DNA from: the human T2T-CHM13v2.0 reference genome, Homo sapiens
DNA length: 64,000 nt
Strand: one strand, 5' to 3'
Assembly: GCF_009914755.1 (NCBI RefSeq)
Contig: NC_060931.1
A program made the translations under genes and the position numbers. Shown here one piece after another: positions 1 to 64,000 of this stretch (the stretch's first letter is position 1; the number at the start of each line of letters is the position of its first letter). Under the pieces are notes generated by a model. That model saw nothing but the letters and a program-made list of their open reading frames with translations, did not search any database and had not been told where the DNA came from.

Positions 1-27
1 TACAGGCATGAGCCACTGTGCCCGGCC
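1..27 (-). mobile_element. Alu 5' end, cut by the window edge
   Basis: tacaggcatgagccactgtgcccggcc. Confidence 0.85.
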
Positions 28-725
28 TAGCCAAGTCTTAAGAATAAGTATTTGATCACATTATTCTCACTCCCAAATATTTAATGGTTTTTCATCTTCT
101 GGGACTCAAATTCTGCTCATGGACTCCTAAGATGATAGAAGGATTGGATCCTGACTGCACCTTGTCTATGCCAGTTGGACTCCTTTCAGTTTCTTAAACA
201 GATCAAGCTCCTTCTTGCCCCCAGAATCTTTACAACAGCTCTTCTCCCTGCCTGGAATGCTGTCTACTCTTTCCCCCTTCTCTGAGCTAATCTTTGTTCA
301 TTCTTCAGTACGTGATTTATTTGACTCTTCTGCAGAGTCTTCTTCAACTTGCCAGACCAAGTTACTTCCCTCCTGATAAATGCTCATGCTCCCCTCTTAT
401 GCTTCACAGAACCTGTGGCAGGTTGTATTTAAATAGCTAATTGCAAGTGTTTAACATCTTTGCCCAGTGAAAGAATGCAAATTCAGTGGAGCTATCTCGT
501 GTGTGGCTGTATTTCTGGCAGGGAATGCAGTGTCTGTCATAATAAACCTGGAATATAGGTTTCTTGCCTGACTAACAGACCAGCTGAATGAGAAGGGACA
601 CCTGCATATCAAGGCAAGTGGTAACCACTTGGCCTTACCTGGGTTCTACTCTAGGGCTTCTGGAATCCATGTATCACTGCACATATCTGGCCTTTGCGGG
701 CTCTGTCCCACCTACAGAGTGAACA

Positions 726-780
726 GTCCCACAGTGTTGGCCACACTGATGTGGCCAACTGATGTGGTCCCACTGATGTA
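726..780 (+). repeat. Degenerate 14 bp minisatellite, 4 copies
   Basis: gtcccacagtgttg / gccacactgatgtg / gccaactgatgtg / gtcccactgatgta. Confidence 0.75.
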
Positions 781-3565
781 CCATTGCTTTGGTTACTTTG
801 TTCGGAATGTAGTTTTAAGAGAAGGGGCCTTTTTAAAGAAAGTTTAAAAATCACCTGGGTACTTAGTAAGATGGCATATTCTTAGGCCTAACTTTCACAA
901 ATTTGGATTCTAAAGACCTAGACATTTACATTAAGGAGCACCCCAAGTTCCTTGATTTAGATGGTCTGTGGCCACTACTATGAGAAACATCCTGTTAGAG
1001 TATCTTTAAGCTCAAAGTTTATGTGAAAGATCACAAATCTATCTAATACTGAGTGATTTGGGGAGACATGATTGTTTTCTTTATATAATGCTTTGTCATG
1101 CCCTTTAAAAAAAAAAAAAAAAAAGAAACCTTATTCCCTGATGTGAGACCTGAGATTGCATTTACATTTTCAGCTCTATGATCTGCCACTACCACTTTAC
1201 ATACAGTTCTGTTCCTTTTTTCTCCCACAATTTAATTCTCTGTATTTCATTTCTAATTACTGCTTCTTCTGATGATGGAAAGCAATTTTGGCAGTGATTA
1301 ATTTGAAGGGTCTGCAACCTCTCCTTTGCTTTTTAAGACAATTCTATTTGCACAGCCCATCCTATGAAGGGCTAGTAGAACTCTGCCTCTTCAGAGGGCT
1401 GTTCCAAATTTTTTGGGTGTCTCCAGGCTTAACCATGATGCTAATCCTAGAGTGCTGTCTTTTCTTCTTTAACCAAATTTCCTCAAATTTCAAAAACCAC
1501 CTTCCCTGGAAGCAAGGTGGGAAGGGACATGGCTGCTGCCAATTATGCAGGCCAAAGAAAGTTTGTGTTCCACATTAGCTAAAAGCAGCAGAAAGCTAAT
1601 GGCAGGGTGCTTTGCAGAAAAGAGTCTGCCAAAATAAAATGGAATTGAAATAGATTTGGGCAGGATAAATGCTGGTGGCAGGTGCCAGAAAGCAGCAACT
1701 TCTGTCAGAAGCAGTGAAAAGAGAAGAAAGTGTGTGTAATTCTTGCAGCCATGCAGATCAGAGCTACTAAATAAACCTCCTGAGGTTAATGATAAATAGT
1801 TCCAAACCTCATCTCCTGTACTGGAATATCATATTCCTGTGAGATATTTAACAAAAGATGAGATTAACTCATCTTAAATGCAGTCATTGCCTCAAAAGTG
1901 GGTAATGCAGACAGGACTAGCTCTGAGCAACTTTCACTAACATATCTACCTCCAGGAAGCTAAGGATAAATAGGCCCTTGAAAGCATCTTCAATCCTGTT
2001 TCAACACCCACCTCCTCACGGGAGCCTAGGAGAGTTGGGTAGGGCATCTTGAACTGGCTCCTTCAATTCCATCTTCCTCCCTACTCCCATAATCCATTTC
2101 TTTCTCCCTAGTGGATAGAGATACTTGGGAATACTGTGAGTAGCTGCATTTATCTCTCTTTGAACCATGGTACAAAATCATGACTTTACTTTGTTAACTA
2201 CTTTAACTTTGTTGTTTTTAACTCTGAAAATCATGTTGCAATGAAGCCCCATTAATGACTTGAAAACTGCTCCTGAATGAGGCCCACTAGGCATGGCTGT
2301 CAAAGTTGAGAGTGAAATCAAGAGGTTAAAGGAACTGCAGAGGTGGTATTAGGTTTTCTGAGGAGGGGAAGAATGGACCCAGGAGAGAGAGAAGCCTCAC
2401 CTCAGGAAGGCAATACATAGATAGGGATGCTGAATACAATATTTGGTCAATATCCATCCATTCAATCACCCATCAGACCTTACTGAGCATCTCATTTGGG
2501 CTGGGGAGTGAGATTAAAGCTGAAGATATTGAGATGAATTTAAATTAAGCTCCACTCTTTCTGGTTTCAAGGACCTCAGCGCATATGAAGAAGACAGGTA
2601 AGTGGAAGGTGATAGGAACAGTGAGGGAGATGAACATTGGGCTCAGGTTGAAGAGAAGATTTGATAGTAGGGAAATTTTTCTTCTTTTTTTCAGCTATAT
2701 TTATTGACCCTCACTTGTGCCAGATGCCACCGTAAGGGCTCCTACTTGCATTATCATCACTAACTTTTCCAAGAGGAGCTGTCTGAGCCAGACTTCCAAT
2801 GGGCAGATGCCTGACAACAGAGTCCACATGCCTGCCTGCATAGAACCTTGCCTCCCAAATGTGACCAAAATAGAAATCAGAGAGCAGGGTTAAGGCTGAG
2901 ATCATAATTATGGTGCAGCAAAATTATCTCTCGCCCTAACCATCAATGACAACCGCAAAGGAAGCTCAGGTTTGGAAACTCAAGTGTGAAGCTGTTTAGA
3001 GACTGCAGGAAGACCTGTCTTTGGTGCATATTTAGAGTTTAGGTGCCTTGACCAGGTAGTATAAGCCCTTTAGTGATACTGATGGGTTCATACCACCCAT
3101 TCAATATGCCTGATTCCCTGAATGTCAACTCACTGTCTTTTCAGTATAGGTTTAATCAAAAGTGTTTCAGCAACCTTTATTCAAAAATGTGGCTGGGTTT
3201 AAGGTATGACCTTATTCACAAGTGAAATACTAATTTGATCTTTTGACATTTTGGCTATTACAATCATAGGGCATTGCAAAGAACCAAATCAATGATGAAT
3301 TAGCCACATAGGAATTGGAAATTTTAATGGCATGACATGTAGCATTTTTCTTTTACCTATATTGTGTTTTTTTAAGAAAAATTACATTTGAAAAAGCAGT
3401 ATGGTTGTTATAAGAAATAAACAGATAAAGTATCACATAAATTGATAATTATGAGATTATCAATAAAACAGTTTAGATAAATATTGCCTCCACTTATTAG
3501 CTTCTTTAAAGAATTAGGCTTAATATTGATTTTACTTTTTAAGAATATATTTAATTAACCTAGCT

Positions 3566-3892
<327 letters not shown>

Positions 3893-3949
3893 TAATTGTT
3901 TTTCAGGTTTTATGTTTTGTTAGTAAGAACCCACATGCCACAAAAACAT

Positions 3950-4060
3950 TCTTTTATTTTCTTTTCCTTTTGATTTCTCTCTATTCCCTTTCCTATTTCC
4001 TCTCTCCTTCCTTCCTTCCTTTTTCTTCTCTCCTCTCCTCTTCCCTTTTCTATTCTTCTT
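3950..4060 (+). repeat. CT-rich polypyrimidine low-complexity tract
   Basis: Runs of ttcc/ctctc with almost no purines. Confidence 0.75.
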
Positions 4061-5645
4061 TAAAAATAAGATGTTTGATTTTATTGGCTCTCTACTTGGG
4101 GAAACAAAAATGTTTTGAATAAGACAATTCAGTAATGGTTTGGATAAATATCATACAGCTTTATATATACCAGAACAAAGATTGAAGAGTACCCTATCTA
4201 ACAGGGAAGAAAATTACCTGTCCAAAATGTTCAGTGTATTCAGGGTTAGCCAGGGCTGGAATTCAGGCATCCTGATGCTAGAGTGTGTGACTTCCCCTGT
4301 GAGACATTTACAAAGTTAGTACCCATCTTAATGGTGTCTGCCTATTGAATTAGAAGTATATTTCCCAAGGAAACCTGTAGCACTGTTAAGGTTTCCATGC
4401 AGCTCACCTGATTCTATTTCCCTGACTTGGTGAGACAGATGCAATGATTTATGTCTTTTCATGTCTGCCAATTATTCTGAAATCCAGCATTATGACTGGG
4501 GTCAGCAGAAAATAGTCCTCATACCATTTCTGTAACCAGCTTAGCATATTTCTGTCCCATAATCCATGTCTTTGCATGAGATTCCTTCTATTTCTTCACA
4601 CTCTGGTTACCCTCCCTACCTGTCACAAACATGTTTTTATTTTTGAATTGCTGGCATTGGCTGACTCCTTGAAGAAACTTCCTCTAATCTGACATTATGT
4701 ATATTTCACTGTGCTGTTCAGGTTTCACTGACACGTTTTGTTTACTTGTTTGACTCTATTACAAGACCAAGAACTTCTCGAAACCCTTCTTCAAATAGAT
4801 AACCCAGCACCTAGCATAGCACTTGCACTAGTAAATACTCACTGAATTTAATTCCCCAAATTTAACTCATTTCACAACCTCTCTTGAACTGGATTTATTT
4901 ATAAATAAATGAACCTTTTGATCTACATTAGTTCAGAGAGCCATTTCAGCACTAGAATTCTGTAACTCACTGAACAGAGAATTTTACTGTTTCTATCTCA
5001 TAAAATCATGCTTTATTTCCTGAATAAGTGTACAGTCTTTACAAAGTAATTTATCGTTTACAAGATGATTAAGTGTTCAGTGCTGAGAAAACCCAGAAAA
5101 TTGTGAAGAAGAATAAAAGAGTCATAATCTCACCACAAGAATATAAATTTTTAAGTAGGTTAAAAAATGCTTATACCACCTTCGCTTTTTAAATTAAAAC
5201 CTTCCATTTTATCAAATGGCATGTAGGGTTTATGAATTATTGGATAAAATGCAACTTTTCACTAAAAGCATATCAAAATATTATTTTTTATAGTTTAATA
5301 TTAGTAGTTTTAGCAAATTATCTTCATTCTATATGTATTACTTTGCAACATTTTTCATCTGATATATGATGAGTGTCTTCCTATAATTTCATATGTGATG
5401 TTTTAACCCTCCCTCATTTTTTGGTTAATACACGCTGTTAATACTTGGGTCATATTCCCTCTCCCACTCATTTTACTGAGTCACCTTTCATGTTCATTTT
5501 TCAAAAGACTGTATAATTTCATCTTAAATTGCTTTATTCACTTACAAAATGTAATAAACATTCTCTATGAGTATTTACCTATACTATTACCTTAAGCAGA
5601 TTAATGTATTTTACTACATCCTTGTATTGTAATTTGTTCAGTTAA

Positions 5646-6047
<402 letters not shown>

Positions 6048-7867
6048 TGATGAAATTTTATTTTATTATTTATAATAAAACTCTTGTATTGAGATAAAGC
6101 AGATCAAAGGCGATCTGTATTTGTCTCCAACAGAAAGACTATATGGACCTGTTCTCCCACCAGGAATGTATAAGAAGATCCGTTTCCTTAACCCTCAATA
6201 ATATTAGATGTTAACATTATCTTTAATCTTTACTATATTGATTAGTTTAAAAACTAAATTATTGCCTTGGATTACAATATTTACATATTGGCTATTTTGT
6301 AAATCTTTTATTAACTGTATATTCCTGAACGTTGTGTGCCCATTTTCTTTTGGAGTTTTCATCTTAATTTTACTGACTTGAAAGCATTATGTTTGTAAAG
6401 CTTTATTATAAAATCTTCAAGAACACTTGGATGAACTGGGTAGTGTGGAGATCATATTCTTGGATGCTTGCTGAGACTTTGATATTTAAGCTATTTCTCA
6501 TAGGTGTTAATGTTTGAACAATTGCAGCCAAGTGACCAAAAGAAAAATTCTTTGGACATTTTTCCCAAGCAATTTGATGGTCAGGATAAATGGGAATGCA
6601 TGATTATGGATGAAACTAGAGTCCTTGAATATAATTGCACTCATAAGTCAAAGAAGGCAATTCATAACAATTTGGCCCAGCATTTTAATTTTGTCTGTTA
6701 AATTATTCATGCGAATACTTTCATGAGTTAAGCCATGAATATTTGATTGGTGGTTGATTCATAACCATAAACTATATTAGCCCTTTATTTTTCTCATTTA
6801 TGTCCAATTAACATATACGGGAAGGTGGAGAAAATTTATTCTTCTTAATATGAGAAACATCTTTCCCCACAGACTTATCGAGGCTGTCTGATGAACATTT
6901 ACTATGACTCCGGGTCAACATTACGTTTATTCTGGCAGTTTAATAACTGTTCTAATAATAATTCTCATTACATAGAGGGAAAATATTACAAATCTCTACT
7001 TTACAAGTGAGGAGATGACATTCAGAGAGGTTAAATAATGTTCCAGAATCCACACGATATGTTGGTGGCTGAGATTAGATTCAAATCCAGGATTAAAAAA
7101 TTGAATGTTCCCCACCCCACAGTGGCTCTGATGATTGTTCTCAATGAACCCAGGCCAGTGTGCACATAAATCACCACTCTCTGAGTCTACTCTATTCCTT
7201 TTCTGTTACCAGAGCTAATTGCTAAGTAGATATCCAATACTTGTTTAGTCATGTCAGTTTTGTATCACTTAACAAATATCTCTTCTGCCAACTAAGCAGG
7301 TATTTACAGCCATTTCCCTGCTGTACACAAATATGAGAAGGTGCACAGTTTGGCAGGTGGCTAAGAATGGGTGGCTAGATGTGAATGTCAAAAGCTGCTA
7401 CGTAAAGGCTAATTTGTAGGTTGTGACATTTGGTGAACTGTGGCTATTCAGTTCCTTTTAAGCCTGAACAAAGTATGGCATTTTACCTTGTCAGAGAAAG
7501 AGCTTCTTGGTCAAAGGGCTGTGAAGATATCAAGTAATTATTTCAGTAATTACTTTTAGAAATCCAGGGATGGGCACCCAAAAACATCCCAGTTATTTTA
7601 GCTTGAGTTAGAGAATTCAAATACTTATCCTAATAAATATGCAGACTTAATAGAATTGGTGTTATCCAGCACTATAACCTCATAAAATCATCAAGAAGAG
7701 TGTATATACTTGTATGTGTGTATATATATAGATAGATAGATAGGTAGAGATATAAAATTTAGTTTAATGACATACTTTTTTCCTAGCAATATAATCTGTC
7801 TATATGCTGACTTAATAACTGCTTTATGAGAGCTGTATATGGATCACCATTGATAAATGCATTAAAT

Positions 7868-8046
7868 CAGTGGTTCCATAGACTGGCTGAGAATTTCAAT
7901 CTTCTGGGAAGTTATAAAAACACACTTTTAACTCTGAGTCTCTGGAGATTGGGATTTTTTTTTTTTTTTCTGAGATAGGGCCTGGCAACCAGCATTTAAA
8001 ATGTTCCCAGGTTAATCTGATATGCAGCCTGGTTTAGAAACCACTG
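7868..8046. mobile_element. MER5-type hAT-Charlie DNA transposon fossil
   Basis: Terminal inverted repeats cagtggtt...aaccactg about 180 bp apart; internal cccaggttaatctgatatgcagcc. Confidence 0.7.
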
Positions 8047-9755
8047 CTTTAACTACCTAATGCCTCATCCTCATTAGAACTTTATTCATTAAAATTAAAT
8101 ACTAATTTGCCTTATAATTTGGAAGTCTAACATGTGACTCAGCCCAAGTGACTACTGGGTTTGGAAGTCTTCTGTCCAGCACAAACCCTGAAATCCTTAA
8201 AAATGGGTGTGCAGGTCTTTCTTGTCTTGGTTTCTGATCACTTTTAACTCTCATCTCCTGCCACTTGCTACACGGATGTGCCACATTCTGTTTCCTTGCT
8301 ATTCACAGAGAATGCCAGGCCTATTTATACCTCCTGTTTTGATCTTTAGACTTCCACATTTTCTTGTCTGCCTGTAAACTCCCAGGGATCTCAAGGATTC
8401 TACCTGAACGTCCGGGCCGCTTGGCCTGTTTCTCACTTTTTCCTCAGCATCCCAAGGACTCACTCCTTGGTACCGACTCTTTCCAGCCTGACACTTTGTT
8501 ACAGTGTGCTGGGTTATTTCTTTACATTTTTATCTCAACCCGTATGTTGGGGACAGAAACCAAAGAGCCCAGCGCCTGCACACACTGGGCACTCAGTAAA
8601 TATCCCAAATGAAGTTTTCTCAGATATGCATTTTTATCCCCATGACCCCTCTACAATTCTGTTCTCAATGCTGTGACAAATGATGTCTCTTTCACATGGT
8701 ACAGCTTCTTTAAAAATGTTCTCTTTTGGGTCTTCAAACTTGTTTGCTGCTCTCTATTAACTGTATTTCAGTTTGGTGTTTGTGAGCAGTACAATCCGTT
8801 TAGTACATCTGTTCTTTATAAGACTGCCTTTCTTGTGAAATACTTCATATTGGATTTTCTGGAGTACTTTAGAGTCAATCACTGGGAAAAACTATCACCA
8901 CAGCTGATTGATCCGGCTGAGTCCTGCTTTGGACGTCGTTTAAGACTGCAGTCCATGGGCTACCTCTGTCTCTGCTCCCAGCTTCTCATCCACCCAGTGG
9001 ACAGAAAAGCTGCTCTCCACAGCTTGTTTGGAACGTGCAACCTCAACTCCAGGAGATTTACTGAGATTCGTTGGTAGAGGCTCCAAAGGATCACTCTTGA
9101 GGGAGCGTGGCCGGATGATCAGTAGATGAATGATGCACAGCTCACGCTTTCCTTTCGAATTTTGCTTGTGGATCGCTCTGATAGCTGAGGATGTTTTCAC
9201 ATTCGCTGCGTCCCCCAGAGCAGGGAAGCGGGAGCAGGGAGGCGCAGTGGGCAGGCGCCGGGCTCTCCTATGCCCTGCGGGGAAGTGGAAGGCGCCGGGA
9301 GGAGGGGGGGCGGGGTGCAGGGACGGTGGAACTGAGGAAAAGCAGGCCGTGGGGTTATTCCCTGAATGAATCCCGACCCACACATAAGCTGGGGTTTTCC
9401 CAGGAGAGACCTGGAGTTAAGAACAGAGAGGAAAAGGATGGTGGGAGAGAGGAGGAGGAAGCAAAGGAGCAGCCCAGGTGTGTCGTCCGCTCTAAGCGCA
9501 GCGGAGCTCACACGCCCTGCTCCTGCCACGCGTTGCCACGAGGCTTCCTCTTGCATTGCAGCCTTCCGGCCCAAGGCCCAGCTTCCGCACTTTAGGTGCA
9601 TAAAGGGGACACTCAAGGGAGTCCTCATGGGGTGGGCCTGCGTCGCATTCCCATGGCTGCGAGATGCCGCAGGGTCACCGAGAGGGCAAACGAGGCAAAG
9701 CGCTGTCACCTCCGCAGAGCTGACCCAGCCGCCCTTCCTCCCGCCCGTCCTGCAG

Positions 9756-62767
<53,012 letters not shown>

Positions 62768-63719
62768 GTAGGATTTGGGAATGAGATTCTGTGTGCCTCC
62801 ACAATAGTGATCTAAATAGTGCGTGTATGGAGGGATGGAGGGGGGCATTGGGGCCCTGGCTGCCTTGGAGTGTCCACAAAAAGGGGTCATCTTATTGATA
62901 AGAGCATTTCAGATTAAGTCACCTTTACTGATCACCATAGAATTGGTTCATAAGGGGAAGACTGATAAGCTTCAGGCTGGAGAACTGGGAAATTATAGAA
63001 CTTTACAAAGATGCAAAGTTTCTTATTGAGAAGATGAGAAAATTATTACCTTTACTATGCTCTTTTCAATGGGGTAGCAGATGAGGTGATAAAAATCATT
63101 AGAAATGATCTTTCATCTGCATGCTTAACACCCCCTCCTGTGAGACCTGTGCCTCATTGCCTAATAGGTATGGCGGGTATTATTAGCATTTTTGGAATGC
63201 ACTCAGTTTCCCAATGGAAACCCTCCAGATCAGTGTCTGCCATCCTGGGGGACAATAACAGATGCTTTGTCTAGGTGTTCCCTATTCTTCAGGACATTTA
63301 TCTTAAGTAAAAAAAAGCATCTTATATGATAAGTTGTTCTTAGTGGTCAATATCTACTGTCATTGTTCTCTGGTGGAGCTGTCTTTATTTTGTAGGAAAG
63401 TGATATCCTTGCCCTCATACATATGATTCATCTTGTGATACAGAAAATCATACATAAGTCAGTGGAAGGCCGGAGGTCAACCATTTACTGAGCACCTTCC
63501 ATGCACTAGGTGCTGTCTGAGCTGTGCTACACCAGGCACAAATTTCCGCATATTAACATGTTGCTTTCCTGTAAGGTTTATTTCTTTGAGCTGGCTTAGA
63601 ATTTAGCTAATTTATTTTCTTTTGATCATGTAACTTGGATTTTTGTTTTGTTTTGAAAGTACAATTTATCGGGGTCACACCTAAGTTACCTAACATTTCA
63701 GGAGTTCATTTAATTTAAT

Positions 63720-63900
63720 CAGAGGTTTCCCTGAACCTGCCTGGTGATAGATATCACCTGGGACATTTGGTAACAATAAGGATTCCCAAGGGCCTATCCT
63801 TCGAGATTCTATTCAGTAGGACTGGGGGGACTTGGAGGTCTGTGTTTTACTAGGTACTCAAGGTGATTTATGAATCTTAACCAAGATTGACAAATTCTGG
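63720..63900. mobile_element. MER5-type DNA transposon fossil
   Basis: atcacctggg...gagattctattcagtagg...ggtgatttatg. Confidence 0.55.
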
Positions 63901-64000
63901 GTCTTTAAACCCTTATCTTTACTGAGGGACACTTGAAGGCAGGCAAGTGGAAGTGACTTGTCCAAGATTTTACATCTAGTTGGTACAGAGATGGCTTCTC

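Noticed and set aside
726-780. CRISPR-like repeat array
   Set aside because: Units are adjacent with no spacers, and the context is a mammalian intron.
9580-9600. Alternative acceptor cttccgcactttag|G, 160 nt upstream of exon A
   Set aside because: 160 nt is not a multiple of three, so it would frameshift; nothing else supports it.

Overview
Human (primate) genomic DNA from the interior of the ABCA13 gene, on the + strand. I read eight GT-AG coding exons (9756-10005, 21676-21765, 26250-26319, 35754-35872, 37794-37881, 43954-44062, 61054-61108, 62590-62767; 959 nt in total). They splice into one open frame encoding the start of the second half of an ABCA transporter: intracellular helix, TM7, the whole second extracellular domain, TM8 and the following loop. 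The rest is intron containing Alus, L1s, MaLR/ERV1 LTRs (several nested), MER5/MIR remnants and simple repeats. I found no new multi-gene system. The most interesting observations are: (1) a ~130 bp retro-insertion just after exon D, made of an inverted L1 3'UTR piece plus non-L1 sequence with its own AATAAA, poly(A) and a perfect TSD; (2) an intragenic CpG island whose intron sequence is open and in frame with the TMD2 exon, so it could start a half-transporter isoform; (3) a triple CAGCAGCAG acceptor; (4) an L1PA insertion with a 24 bp TSD; (5) nested insertions whose order can be read from their TSDs. Repeat subfamily names come from recalled consensus motifs, not a database search.
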